DNA of 63,958 bases, filler included, from Bigelowiella natans CCMP2755 (lineage: Eukaryota > Protista > Cercozoa): assembly GCA_000320545.1 (NCBI GenBank). It is 6 parts of 6 records of this genome, joined end to end, with 100 filler letters (N's around TTAATTAATTAA, not from the genome) between each part and the next. Parts side by side here need not be neighbours in the genome. Positions count along the whole stretch, not along the records: positions 30,601 to 59,592 come from ADNK01000125.1; 5 more parts are not named here. One strand, 5' to 3'. Positions within the stretch are counted from its first letter, which is position 1. Each line of letters begins with the position of its first letter. Below, one piece after another: positions 37,517 through 51,964 of the stretch. The notes under the pieces are model-generated. The model saw nothing but the letters and a program-made list of their open reading frames with translations, was not told where the DNA came from and ran no database searches. The position numbers and the translations under genes are program-made.

Positions 37517-37999
37517 CTGAAACACAAAAACAAAGCGAAACGTGGATCAGACACATATTCCCCCCCTCCACCGCATAAACAGAGGCAGCGTACCTTGCCT
37601 CTCCTGCACACTCGGCGACTGAGGATATTGCTAACCCCCTGTTTTAAGAGCTAAGTGGAGGTTTCCCAGGCACAGAATACGGGCGAAAACATGCGAAATT
37701 TTCCTAAATACTGGGAAATCGGCTTGAAATCCTCGTTGCTTTTTCAATCTTGCAGGAGCCCTCCTGCTCAATCTCGAGCTTGTGTTGATGTTCCCAAGGC
37801 GCTACATCCCAAGTGGCTTCAGATGCCCACATCAAGGCAAATTAGGCAAATTATTCTAAGAAGAAATGGCTTGTGTTTTTCGTCTGCGTCAACTTCGGAA
37901 CCGTAGTTTTCGCCCCCTAACTACCGGTAGCTGGTTTGCTTTGTTTTGTTTTGGTAACAGCTGGAGCTAGACCGAAGAACGCACGGGTGCCGCCCCGCA

Positions 38000-38875
38000 A
38001 TGCGATCGCCGCGGCTGCTCCCTTGTTGCATGCTACTGGTTTGGCTAGATGGCGGCACGTTGTACTCGTCATCGTACTACAGTACCAGTCGCACAACTAC
38101 AACCACCATCGTTGCTGCCACCATCACTACGAGGACGGGAGTCCCCCTCAGAAGAAGCTCCAGTAGGTTGTTAATACGGCCTCATAGTCGCCAACTTATT
38201 GGCCTTAGAGACCACGATAGCCCCCAGGAAGATGATAATGTTCGTGTAGCCTCTGCTATTTATGGGGGCAGGTACAGGCTTATATATGGACAGCCCTATC
38301 ACCCAGACGTCACGAAGGAGGTAGTCAATTCATTTCTCACAATTTGCTGCTACAAACGCTTCATGGACGCTTAAGATTGAGTGTCATGCCTTTGTGCAAC
38401 AATCACGTTCAGACAGTCGATACCCTCCGCAATAGTTTCTCTACTCGAGCCAACGATATTTGGGTAGCGTACGATTTGCAATCGTGACTCCTATTATTGG
38501 CAACAGCCGTCATAACCGCTCCTTTTCTTCTTATGTTATGGACGGTGCTCAGATTGCAACTTATCCGAGGTCTGGAACCACATGGATGCAGCAGATACTC
38601 ATACACTTGTGCCACTCTTCTTCTTCCTCCTCCTCCTCCTCCTCCTCACAGTTTCCAGACGAAGTTGATGCTAAGCTAAGGTATCAGCAATGGGAAGCGC
38701 TGGTCATCATTCTGCGCCAATCTCTCGACATTGTCGCGTGATACGATCGAACGGCTTTGATTACTCTGACGGAATATGTTTGTACGTTGATATGTGTTGT
38801 AGTGGGCAGATCCCATGGAAGACTTCGCCGTGGGTGGAGCTCAGTTTTGCAACAAAGCAGATTGACCTTGGTAAT

Positions 38876-38913
<38 letters not shown>

Positions 38914-40589
38914 CAAAAACATACTTCACCCTGTCTCTAGAAATATCCATGCAATAGGAAAAGGGGGTTGCAAGAATAGTATTTCTCCGTGCTGTTTTGC
39001 ATTGGGGCAGGCAGCACATAAAGGGAAGCGACCGAGATGACGACGATCAACAACGCGTAGTATCTATAAAGAAACGTATTTGATCTTAGTCAATTTATTT
39101 ATTATCAGGCGAATTAGAGGAGATGAAAGAACCTAGAATATTCAAAACGCACGCAGTCCCACGGCTATTCCCATGCCGAAACCCTCAAGGTGGTATTATA
39201 AAAAGTGCAGAGGTTTTCTTTCATCGCTTCCCAATCCCCTTCCTCTTGTTCTCACTAGTGCGACTAACAAGTTGATTTTCATTGTCCTCATTGCTGTCAC
39301 TGTACTGCATAATTTTTCGCAGATGCTCGGGTGATATATGTGGCACGGTCGCCATTCGATGTTGCTCTATCCTTATATCATCATCTTCACGACAAGCACT
39401 GGTAGTACGGATACCTTTTTTTGAGCGACACAATGACATCACTGTAACACGGAAATTAAAGGCTTGTTGTTGATTATTGCCACTTTTCCTCCATTCTTTA
39501 TCTTAGAGATTGCATGTTACTGTTCCACCCTTATTCATTCCCCAAAAAAACCACCTAGCTTTAGCTACGACGGCGATCTCGAGCACTTCATCGAGCACAT
39601 TTATCTACCTGGCGTGACTGATGGCGGTCGTCATTTATTGACTGTGACAGTTTCCTATGATGATGATGGTGATGGTGATGACGACGATGATGATGATTGT
39701 TGTGTAAAGAACGAATGTTTCAGAAATTGGGCTCTTGATTAGTTGTCCCTTCTATTAATTACCTCGTGCATGTGGCTTCTTGTTCCGAGAGCAGGGTCTC
39801 ATGGTAAGCACATCGCTGATTGGTTCGACGTGACACATTGCCAAGATATCGTCGCATCGCCCCAACAGGGAGCGATGCCACGACAGGTGATTTATAGTGA
39901 CGCAAACGAGAAATATACCGCAATTCCCTCTTCCCCTCTGTTCTTGTGTGTATGTTTGAAGGTTTACCTTCATGCGTATTCTTTCACCATAGATCCTGTG
40001 GATGTTCTATGAAGACATGATACAGGATCCAGCGCGAGAGGTACTTGTTCAGTTAAACTATTCTATTTTAGAAATATGAGTAACGATACAAACGAGATCT
40101 CTCATGGCGTGCAGATCCAGAGATTAGCGTCATTTCTGGGGATCCAATGCACGGAGAGTCGCGCGTATAAAATAGCTAGTTTGACCTCATTTGAGACCAT
40201 GCGAAAGGCGTTCGAAAGTGAATTCAATTCTAAGGTATAACAATGTTTACTAAAATATATTGGCACCTTCCGTTGCTATTCTCTCGCTTTCCTTACTCTC
40301 GCTCTCGTATTGTGTAAAAAGATAAGTTCAGAAGCATCGCCTGATATTGGGTTAGCGACCTTAGACAGGCAACAACAAAACAGAAAGTGACGAAGATTGT
40401 ACATATACGCACAATTTTCAGGACTCTCCGTTGCGCAAGAGAATGAACGGGCGTCACTTTCGTTCGGGACGTCCGGGTGAAGGTGTTGGCGTCTTGTCAG
40501 ATTCCCAGCAGCGCGAAATCATAGCCTCAACGTCGGCTTTGCTCATGCCACGAGGGGATCTCTACAAGAAACTATTTGGCATTCGATGA
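38000..40589 (+). CDS. Sulfotransferase family 1 (SULT-like) with long N-terminal targeting-like extension
   Basis: IATYPRSGTTWMQQIL; SPWVE; PRIFKTH; YVARSPFDVALSLYHH; MFYEDMIQDP; LASFLG; TSFETMR; HFRSGRPG. Confidence 0.9.
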
Positions 40590-41227
40590 CAGCAGCTGCT
40601 GTTTGAATGCAAAATGTCTTGTATGCGCGAGATGTATGTTTCCATGGCCTGGCTAGCTGGCCGTCTCGGTCATTTTCTTGATGCCATTGATCGTGAAACT
40701 GTAGTTGACGTTGGTGCACATGCACAGCGTCTAGATGTCTCAGTAGGCATGCTGTGCTGCGCCGATCACACATTGTGTGGCAAACAAAAAAGCTTGACAT
40801 GAGAAAGTGCTGCTGAACACTAGTGAACTTGCGAGACTGTACGCTGCACATGCAAGCACGGCGAACAACGTCTAGATTAGATATTTGCTGTGCTTCAGGC
40901 TTATTTGTTTTAGCATTGCGTAGTAGGCGTAGTAGGCGTGCTAGCGTGCTCAGGCTTTGCATTGTACTCCGTGGCATGCATGTAATGAAGTCCAGCGTTG
41001 CAACACGACGACGTCAAGTCATCACCAGCACTTCTAGACTTGAGCACACGACAAGGCGCAATGCTAGCATGCCTGTTGCGGCCATGAACGGCTCCATATT
41101 GTGTAGTGTTCACTAGCATGAACCAGACTACTTGTGCTACAGTTTTAGTAGCAGGTTTCATCGGTCCGTCGAATGCTTCTTCATTATTCATTACACCTCA
41201 TGATGAGCACGTTTGAAATTCTACATT

Positions 41228-41497
41228 CTACGTGCGTGTTAAGGCCGTCCTCTCACGCATAAGCGCTTTAATTTTTTCTCGATCCCCCGATTTCATCGCT
41301 GCCTAAATATTACAAGCAGAAGAAGTAGAAACAATACAACATTGGCAATCAATATCGACGCGTGGGCCTAGTGGGTGCGTGTGGTTTTGATAATTCCAAT
41401 GCCGGTGTTAGGGAGTTAGGGCGCTATAGCGTAGTGTGGTATGGTGCTATAGAAGGAAGAATATCATCCAGGATATAGAGCAACTACCTAGCACTTG

Positions 41498-41530
<33 letters not shown>

Positions 41531-44500
41531 AGAAACTCCTTCTACTGCTACATTACGCTACCGCAAGTTTCTCGTTGATTTTTATTATCTTTTCGGTCCT
41601 CTCCTTGGAGCTTTGGGAAGCTGCTTTGCTTTTATCTGTCTTCTTCTGCGTGGAGGCAGCTGCTTCCTTGGATTTTTTCACCGTACTTGTCGTCAACGAG
41701 GATGAGCTAGATGAGGAAGGAGTAGAAGCAGTAATGGCCTCACACAGTCGTGAAACTAATACAGGCTTTGACCCTGTCCTCTTAAGACCTTTTTATTAGC
41801 ATACATCATTAGCTACCCTCTCCCCTATCATCTCCCTCCACATACAGACCACCGCCAACACAGCAGCACCACAATGAGCGAGGTTGGTTGCGGATGATTT
41901 CCGTTCAAAACTAGCGCCCCGTCCACGACGATATCCCCCTCAAACAGCAATATGGCAGAAAAAGCAATGATTTACCTCGGGCGGTCAAATGCGAGTGGAG
42001 GGCCCCCAGTTTCATTCTCTTCACGCTCTCTTTCCGCAAGGATCATGGCAAGAGGAGGGAAGAGGAGGGAGGGAGAGGGAAATCAGGTGGACCGGATATC
42101 GTAAGAAAAAGGAGAGGTAATAATGATAAAAATAGATGAAGGAAGGAGTGGGAAAGGAGGAGGGGGGGGGGGGGGATGAAAATCTCTATTCGTGCTTGTG
42201 AGCTAGTGCTAAAGTGAAAGCACCCTCGGTAAGAGACTGAGAGAGCATCTCCTTTGCTTCTGCTGAAAGTTGTCGCTTTAACTTCAACTTACTGCGAGCC
42301 GTCTCCTCTTTAGCCATGAACTCCTCGCAGAATAGGCCCTGCAATATGACGCAAGAGAATGTACAGTGAAACAACAGGGAAAAGGAAAGTTAAGTCTATT
42401 CTGCGCTAAGGCCGGAGTAGTGATAATTTTCCGTATGCTTCGAAATTGATGAGAAGAAGAGAGCAACGCCCACCATGGCACTGACGATCACTATGCCATT
42501 GCAACAACCCGTTGGAAATGGTGACCTTGGATGCAAGCTCATTCGTTACACGTTCGAAGTACCTATATGACATATATTCATAAAATCATAACAAAATCGA
42601 TGTCGATTAAATAATCAACATCGTGTTTTCCATTACTTCCAGCTACCCATTCTCTCTCTCAGATTTTTGCAATGTTTTTTGTGTCTGTAAGAACACACTC
42701 GTTGATGCTATTTCCTTGCAGCAACCATGTTTGAGTTTTCACAACACCAACAACAACTCCAACAACACCCCTACTACTAGCTACCTAGCGTCAGGAAAAC
42801 CCCAGTTGGAAACGCCACCACTGAGAGTAATGAGAAGGTCAGATAGATGAATAGCATGAGATAGAGTGTTTCAGAGGGAGATGCCTAACATGGCCAAACG
42901 TGTACTCCTACTGAACTTGTATTCCGAAAGAACTTCGAGGAGAAACTTAACAGAGTTCGTGGAACATTTGCTATTAACACCGGAAACAACACCGCGGGCG
43001 ATATGGCTTTTGCCTTGCCGCACACGCCGAATATCCATCGATGTTCTAGCCTTCAGATCAAACTCTCTTCTTATGGTACATTGTTTTAGGTGTTGTTTTA
43101 TGGTAATAAATGGGATTTCACCTCGTACTCGTCTTATGATGGATACCATTCCATATCGTCGTGTTCTTTACGCCTGTAGTCACGCTCTGCCCAACCTGAG
43201 ACGCATAGCACAGCCCGACAAATATACCGGCAGCAGCAGCAACGAAAAGAGCACTCTTGGAACAGAAGTCGCAGTGGCGATTTGATAGCCGCATAGCAGA
43301 ATATATTGACTTCCTCCTCCCCCTCCTCCTTCATCCCCCCTTCCCCTCTTTTACTGAAAACAGTACCGTGAATAAAAGTCCGTGCTCGAATCCACGCATT
43401 AGCAGTCGGCACACTCGGTTGCCTTCTTCATTGTCTAATGTTTGGAGAGGAGGCGGCGATGGGGGGTTTACATTACTCATTGTATTTCGCAGTCGCATAT
43501 GGTGACCTTTGCGCAGAGGTACAGTAAACAAAAGTACGGTTCTTTGTTTGGTGGTGAAAATTGTATAATAACGACCTGGAAGGTATGCATATCGATGTGT
43601 CCCTGAATAACTCTCACCAGGGCTCGGATGCATGTAAGACTGTGTCACATTTAAGGAAACCAAGATTGGAGGGGGGGGGGGGGCAATTATTAAAGACATG
43701 AGAAGTGATTCATGGATCAAGCACCGCAGCAACAGTAGCTGCAATGCACCCACAACAGGTTATTCAGAAGAGGAAATGAACAGTAGACAGCCTGGAGGAG
43801 GGGGGGGAGACCTGCTTGCCGGAGGGAAAACTGTATGAGATCGAGATGGTTTTGCATGAGTAACCCGCGCATTTTGTATATTTGTCTATTCGAATCTGAG
43901 TGGTGATAACAACGAAACGGACAAGAACCAATAACGCAACGACCATAATACCGACTAGATGGTGGAACTAGAGTGTAGGCACAAAAACCAGAGAGAAAAG
44001 AATATCGGAAACTGTTTCAATGCTAATCAGTGTTCGTAGCGTACATCCATAGTTCCGGAAGGCTGTGGCCCTCTGAGAAGGTAGCAGTAGTTGCAAGAAG
44101 GACATTTCTACGCAGAAGCACTTAGTCATGACAGTGAAACGAACATGATTCAATACAGCGTGCTTCATGCGTTCCTACCTGTGAAAATTGAAATGCCTTC
44201 TCCACGCATGAAAGATGGAAAGCATGCCCGACGCACTTTGACAGCTTCACTACAGGCTTCATGTCTTCGTCATCGAGATCACACATGCAGATCTTGCATG
44301 TGTCATCATACAAAGTCTGTAGCAAACAATAAACCAAACTATCTTAAGAAAAGCAAAAGTAGAGGAGGAAGTAGTCTTCCATGTCGGTCCTTGTGTTGCT
44401 TCAGTTCCAAAGTACCTGTTTTGACTTAGGATCAGCTATCGTTTCGTAATTTGTTATCTTCTTTACGTCGATCTGGTGGGTAGATGTACAAAATGTGAAA

Positions 44501-45355
44501 GACCATGGTGCTAGTTTATACCTGTACGAAGGTTTAAGTTGCATGGTGGCAAAACTAAAGTAGCATGGTCGACTTACTATCGAGGATTTCGAGCTCGGGC
44601 ATTTGTACTGCAACCTGCAAGGCAGGCAGAACGGGCTTGACTTTCCCTTCGCTTTGTCCGAGTCACTTTTCGATGTCCCCTTCGTCATTGTTGTGCTACT
44701 TTTCACTTTTTTGGTCCCACCTCCACCAACGCGACGGACTTTCCTCCGAAAGCCAGTCTTTTTATTTCTCTGGGATGACAAAGAGCCAAATAATTGCAGA
44801 ACTCCAAATCAAGAGAATAAAATTTACAGGATTTTAAGTACTCCTTCGAATAGACCTGGCGCAGAGTCTTAGGATCAACAACGTATCTCTTGGAGCCATG
44901 CTTGAATTCAAACGTTGTTCCGCTCACGCGAGCTGCCTCGATGCTGTTAATCATAATTCTGTGATTCATGATTCAACAATACTTCGCAGTAAGAAACCTT
45001 TTAGCGATATCGGTGCTGTACGGCACCCAGCCATAGTCATCCAACCACTCCCACGATACGCTCTGAGAGGACATGGAGTAAATTCCATATGAGTACCAGT
45101 GCGACTTGCTCGCACCCAACTACCACTCACTTATCGAGCGAAACATCCCATGATCGGTCTTGTTCAAAGAAAATAAAAGCAAACAGAAACCCTGCACTCG
45201 TCTCGTACTACTCTTCCAGAGACAAGGAAACACCTTTGAGGAGGAGGCCATGAATGGGCGTCTTTTTGGGCGTTCGTTTCCGAAGTGCTGAGGAGCAAAT
45301 TAAGATATTCTCCTATGACACCAATATCATTGTCGCTTCTTTGAGAACGGTTCAT
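41228..45355 (-). CDS. Deltex-like E3 ubiquitin ligase (WWE, RING, Deltex C-terminal domain, extra tail); start approximate
   Basis: WWE: SWEWLDDYGWVPY...IEAA...RYVVDPKTLRQ.RNKKTGFRRKVRR. RING: CKICMCDL...LSKCVGHAFHLSC...KCPSC. DTC: GPQPSGTM, TISISYSFPSGKQ, HPSPGESYSGTHRYAYLPDNEEG, WNGIHHKT, GFPDA.YFERVTNELASKG. Confidence 0.9.
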
Positions 45356-45598
45356 TTCCAATGCAACGTCAACAACTTTCACTACGTGAAGACCTTCCCT
45401 TTACACCCTTTGGAATTTGCAAATGCGACAAGAGCCTTGCAGAAAAGTCTGGAAGTCCCCACGAAGCTTCCCCCGAGCTCGATTTTTATTATAATCTTTG
45501 AAGAGAGTATGTCGCAAAGAAAAAGTTGCCATCACTTTCCAACCGAATTATCTGCCCATTCTCATAAAAGCAGTTCGCTCGGGCGAGAGAATAGAGCA

Positions 45599-47998
45599 AT
45601 GGTGTTAGTTCTGCGACTCAGGACCTCGCGGGTGTGTTGTAATTTGTGATACATTCAAGGGTTATGCGTGAGGGATATCCTAAGTGTGCACTATTTATCT
45701 ACATCTTTATCCCTCCCGCAAAATGACGGGCGGAGAATTGTGGCACGTGGCACATTTTCTCTTGCTTTCTCCTACCTTTGGAGGAAGGATTTACTGATGG
45801 TTTGTATGTGGACGCCTAGGGTACAAAGCGGCTTCTCTTTAGTAATGATAAGGCAACAATAGGGGATCTAATGCTTCAGGTTTGAGAGTCAACAAAAGAT
45901 TGCAACCATTCTCTGTTTCTGAAAAATTAATTGATGACGCGTTGTCAGGTGTGGGACCTGACAGGGATCAAACCAACACAGCAGAGTATTGTCTTCAATG
46001 ACATTGTATCAAGTGAGGAAAATTTCTTCTCACTCTCTTCTTATCGCTCTAGCAATCTCTTTCTCAGAAAATTCAAAGCTCAAACTATTAATCAATTTTA
46101 GGGAGACGATCTGACGTCACCCAGAAGGACCAGAAGGAAAGCCTGAGCAGCGTACCACTTCGTACCGGGGACATGCTTTTGCTCGTAGAAAATGAGAAGA
46201 TACGTGCAAAGGCAGAACCGAAGAAGGAGGAACCAAAAGAGGTATAGCATTTCAACTGAGTAGTGTAGTTAATACGTGCCCACCCGACTAGTTTGATACT
46301 TTTTGTCGGACAGACGACGAGCTCTTCCTCAAAGGAAAAAGCAAAGAAAGGACCACACATGACCATCAAAGCATTCAAGAAAGGTGCGTGAAAAGTTGCT
46401 GCTGCATACCATATCCTTTTGCACTCCCACCGACCGACCACTTGTATGGCTGAATTAACAGCTTCTGGCAACCCGGTGATTCCGGACTACGAGTCGTTTT
46501 TCCAAGCCTCCTCCAAGTAATTCTTCATAATCATTTTTTTCTCCTGACTTCTATGATAGCAGTTCATATAGTCTCCCCCTCCTCTATTTCTCCTCCTCGC
46601 GCTCCACCAACATCTGCTGTTCCAAATGTTATGCGTTCGCAGGCAGCGATCTGTAAACTCATACGCTCCGAATATCCACTGGAAGCTCCAACGCTACAGG
46701 CATCTCGACCTCTACGCATTCGCGGTATTATCATTATTATTAGTATTATTTGGTAGCAGTAGTAATAGTAGTAGTAGTATTTGTCGCACTGAGTGGCTCT
46801 GTTAGACTTTGTTCTTCTCACAGCAGCTACATGCTATCTTGATGATACGTTCAGGATCCATCGTGTTTGAAGAAGTTCTACAGGAACTCATTTCCGGAGC
46901 TCAAGCAGAATGTGATCCCCCCCTTCCCCCTCCCCCGATACATTAATAATCCGAAATACTCTATCGATGCAGTGTGAATTTTGATGAATGATATCTACTT
47001 TCTTCCTCTTCTCCTTCATCATCATAAATTTTATTTCACTGGCATTATCTTCTTCTTCATTCAGCTCTCTCGGATAGGGATCCTTTTTGGGCGCTATGTG
47101 GAAGGTAAACAGGCTGGCAGCCTTGCAATTGTTGCGACAAGCAGTACCTGATTATACACAGAAAAGAGCTGAGTTGACCCCCCTCCTAACACCACACAAA
47201 TTATCTTTATTATCTTCTTACTTCACCCCCTCCTCCTCCCTAACTACAGACATCAACCCCTTGGCTGATCAAAATCTTTACGACGATCTTAATCGCGAGA
47301 AGAAGTGGGACTACGATGCAAACGGTTTGTAAATCCTACTTATTGGGGGGAGCAAGCGGGCGAGGAGTGTGGGCAGGATCAGATTATTGAAGGGGATCAC
47401 GGCGATGGTGGTGATGATAGTAGCGGTGATGGTGGAGATGGTATTACCTAGCCTTGACAAGATTTGAATCCCCTCTGGCCTAACATACAGGTGTACGAGC
47501 CGATGTCTTTGCAATCTACGAGCCACCGCAGCAACCGGTAAAGAATGGAGCAAGGTATGTTTTTGATGGTGGTGATCTATCATATGAGCATGCTGTTGCT
47601 TGTAGACGTACATGCGATGAAATGCGATTGAAAGGCGCGTGTGCCCTGGTGAGGATGGTGTTTATGATAGCTGTGAGCAGCGGAGGGGGCATGTGGTTGA
47701 AGGAGAACATCATCACAAATTGGTTTGCGAATTGGCTCGCTCGAGCCGATTTGGACAATTACAATGTGTTCTCTTTCATCATAATTTTTTGTTCTTCTTT
47801 TTCTCCTATTTATCGTTGCTGTTTGACTGATTTCTCCATCTCTACCTCCTTCTTCTTTCTTTCTTACTGTTCCTCTGTGTTCCTCGATGTCGTTGTTTTA
47901 TTGTGTGTGTGGAAGATTTCTGACAGATCCAAGGCAGGAGATAGTTCAAGGGATGGCTGAAGCAATGGGTAGTATCACCCGCACACACACACACACAC

Positions 47999-48047
<49 letters not shown>

Positions 48048-49989
48048 AAATGGCTAAATTTCAAATGTGCAATATCCATCCTTTGTAGTCGGCATCCTCC
48101 TCCTCCTCGCCAATTTTCATTATCATGATGATTTACTCATTCATTTATTTATTCATTCGTTTATGTTGTGGGGGGGGGGGGGGATTTGCCAGGACTCGAG
48201 CCCGTGGGAATGATCATCTGTAAGAAGAAGGCGAAAGCTAATCCAAAGGGTTTCCAGACGTACCTCACAGGCAAGGAGGTGAAGAGATGGATAAATGTAG
48301 CATAAGCAAACAAAGAGGAGGGGAGCATCATGTTATCATCGTCGTCGTAATCATCATCATCATCGTCATCTGCTACATTATTTGCCATTCTACTCCATGC
48401 TCTGGTGTCAACCTTTCTCTCATTCCGCCTATTTCTGGGTGGTTCTTGCTGTACCAGCTCTTGCTCCTGGCAAAGCTGCAAAGTGTGTTTTCAGATGAAA
48501 ACAATTTCTCCAGGTCAGTAGTAGCATACTATGAGATACGATCTAATGACTATTTATCTCCTCCACAATCCCTCCCCCCTCCCTTTTAACGTATCCTATC
48601 CTTCTTCGACCCCGCGCTTTTGTCTTCTCATCATCATCATCATCATCACCACCACCGTCATTGCTTGTTTTGGTAGATTCGGTTGCGTTGTCCTTGAACA
48701 TTCCGATATGATCGAGCCCGTAGGCCTAGCAGCATCTGACACGGTATTATTGTGCATTCATAACATTATCGGTGTCGGCGAAAGAAGAAGAAGAAGGGGG
48801 GGAGGTGGGGGGGGGATACGGAGGGCAGCAGGCGTAGGAGGATGATGAATTTGAGATACCTTTCGGCTTCATTTCCATAACAACTACTTACGTGATTATA
48901 TTTCTGAACAAAAGCACACTCTATTATGAAGAAAGAAGGGCCTCTTTGCCGATATATGCACACGCAAGCACGTACTCTCTTCTGTCTCTTCTCCTCCTCC
49001 TCTTCCTTCTTCTTCTTCTTCTTCTTCTTCTTCTTCTTCTTCATCTACTTCTGTACCATTAACAGTGTATGGCACTGGAGCGCGCAGAGCTGCTGGATAC
49101 CGTTAAAGGAGCACCTTACAAACTCCGGACAAAGTCGTATTTCTATGAGATCGTGAGAATAATAATAAGAAGACGATGATAGTGATCAGCAGGATATATG
49201 TGTGTAATAGATACCAGCCTAATGACTAAAAGCACGTTGTTCATAATCATCGATGTTTGCGCTTCCATTACACTCTTTTCTCCTCTTCTTCCTCGCCCTC
49301 TCATCATCATCATTGCGACGATTCTGGTTGAATAATAGGCTTCCGGAGGGGGCGGACCCAAGCCTAATGCCTCATATTTTTATCCCAAAAGTACCAACCA
49401 CAAGAACGACATTGATAGTGGAAAAATGATGATGATGATGATGATGATGATGATAATGATGACGATGTTGGCCCCTTTAGATAGTAGTGGTAGATTCGAT
49501 GATGATATACACAACCAATGAAGATAATATGTTGACAATCGCTCCTGACCCGCAATTGTTATCCTCACGTATTCCTGTTCCTGAGAGACCGTCTCCTCCA
49601 TCCTCCTTCTCCTTCTCTTTGTATCATTGACATTATACTAATGAAAATTATTATGTTGGTAGGATGATGACGTGTCGGGTGGAAGGGTAATAGCATAGCA
49701 CTCCTTCCCCTTCTTGTTGTTTTCTTTCTTTCTTTCTTTCTTTCTTTCATTCTTTCCTTCTTCTGATCCCCATCGCACAACGATGACGACAATGCAAAAG
49801 AGAGCAGCAAATCGAGCCCATGACGCATTTTTCTTTCTCCTCATTCTTGTTGTTTTTGACTGCTTTCCACAATCTCCCTCCTCTCCTCTCTCTTCTAGCA
49901 CACGGCCTCTGAGAAGCTCAGCACAGGAGACCCCTTCCCGATGGATTTCCTCACCGTCAAGGTGCTGCCACCATCATCATAATCTCCAC

Positions 49990-50022
<33 letters not shown>

Positions 50023-50441
50023 TGCAACTTATGTGCGCTTTGAATTATGTACGTCTGTTGTTGTCGGTCTCCTTTTTAACTGTTCCCCAAAGGCGATAGA
50101 ATATTAGTAGTACTCATAGACAATATGTCATTTGCAAGCGCTTTTAATCTAATGACCCATCCCCCCCTCCTTTGCCTCGTCCCCCACCCACACCGCCTCC
50201 TTCCTCTTCCTCTTCCTTCCTCTTCCCACCGTCTTCCTACCGTTGGCTCCTCCACACAGATCATCGCTACGCAGTCTCGGGGCACGAAGAAGCTGTTCCT
50301 ACACCACGACTTTCCTGTCCAGGGCGGCATGAAGGAATTAAAGGTGCTACGATATTGATGATGACGATGATGATGATGACGATGATGACGATGATGATGA
50401 TGATGCCCCTCATGTGATCATATTTGATGCGACAAATGAAA

Positions 50442-50483
<42 letters not shown>

Positions 50484-51143
50484 GCACACATAACGCGACG
50501 ATTCAAATTAGACGAGAATTAGTTTGCTAGGTGTTCTTACGAGTGTTGATGAAAGTGAGTAGTAGTATTGTAGTAGCAGCAGTAGTAATTGAGAATGATA
50601 ATGTGTTTGATCCGGGTCAGAACTACATGCAACGGTACTCAAACGAAGGATTTGCGAAGAAGGTATGGAGCTAACTAAGATACCGCCATATTGAGAAAGG
50701 AGGGGGGGGAAGAGAGGTTATTATATTAAAAAAAGCAAAGTAAATTGATGATCTCTGTCCCTATGATTAGTAGTATCACCGCTTATAGGAAAAATCACGC
50801 CGTTGTCGTCGTTGTCGTCGTCGCTGTTAGCTTTGTTCGTTACATTTATCATCGTCCCCACAATCATCATCTTCTTTATTCTTATCACGCAGTTCTCGGA
50901 CTTCAATCTGCTCATTAACCTTCCTAAGATGATGGGAGACAAGCAAACAGAGGTGACCTCAGATATACTTATTTAACGACGATTGAAACAATTCTCCCCG
51001 TCCCCCTCCACACGCCGTATCTCCTGCTGAATATTGTGCGCTTCCATTGGTAGTGAAGTGACCTTTACTCTTTCTTTTCTTCTAATTAGACTTGTGTGGA
51101 AATCGCAAAATGTATTGGATTTCACGAAGAATTCCCGCCAAAG
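45599..51143 (+). CDS. NPL4: NPL4-family p97/Cdc48 cofactor (UBL plus MPN-like domain), many short exons; 3' end approximate
   Basis: MVLVLRLRTSR|GTKRL; LSSVPLRTGDMLLL; RIGILFGRY; VYEP; GLEPVGMII; CMALERAELL; PFPMDFLTVK; HDFPV; FSDFNLLINL. These NPL4-type motifs occur in the expected order. Confidence 0.8.
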
Positions 51144-51964
51144 GTTAGCAATGAGCTTGATACTTTCTTCATCAAGAACCAGCTCTTCTAGACGACCGGC
51201 CCAACCTTAATCGGGTATCCTCTGAAAGAACTCTACGCCTTACTTTTATACCCTCCGTGCATATTTTCACTGCATGGAGGTCATCGTTATCACATGCTTT
51301 GTGTCGATCAATTGTATATGTATGCATGGTGGGCGTGGCGTGCGCAGTCATCAAGAAGAAGGCCTGTTGCTTAGTGATATCAAATAAATAAATGGAGCGC
51401 AAAATGCTGCATGCGACATCGGCGACCGCTGTGCTCGCACGGTAAGTCCTTATTACATTGAAGGCTATGTGTGCGCCTCTTCAACGTAGCAGGCTTGTAT
51501 TTTTACAGCGAAATGTTATTATCACATGAAGATTTGTGTCTTCACAGCTACAGTATATAACAGATCCAGACCTGCAGCCTAATCTAGTAATGAATGCGCA
51601 TCTGCAATCTAGCTATCAATGTGTAATGTTATAGTAGATCTATCAGGGTGCGGTGTGGCTATGTGAGCGAGTAACAGACACGAAGCTGCACAAAAGGACA
51701 CTGGCATGCATGCGTGTTTGCTCACACAACATCTACACATGTTAAGCTAGCAAGATCTAGCATTGCTAGATTGTTGGGCATGTAAAATACGCTAGATAGC
51801 TGGATAGCAGATGCGATGGCGCTTGCTGACCGAGATCCCTAGATCCGTGCGCGGCATATGAATAGTATATATCTATATGTGACAAAGAACCAATCATTTC
51901 TTACTTGATAACCGAATACATACTAGACATACAACTAACTAGCTAACACTATTAAAAGGCACCA

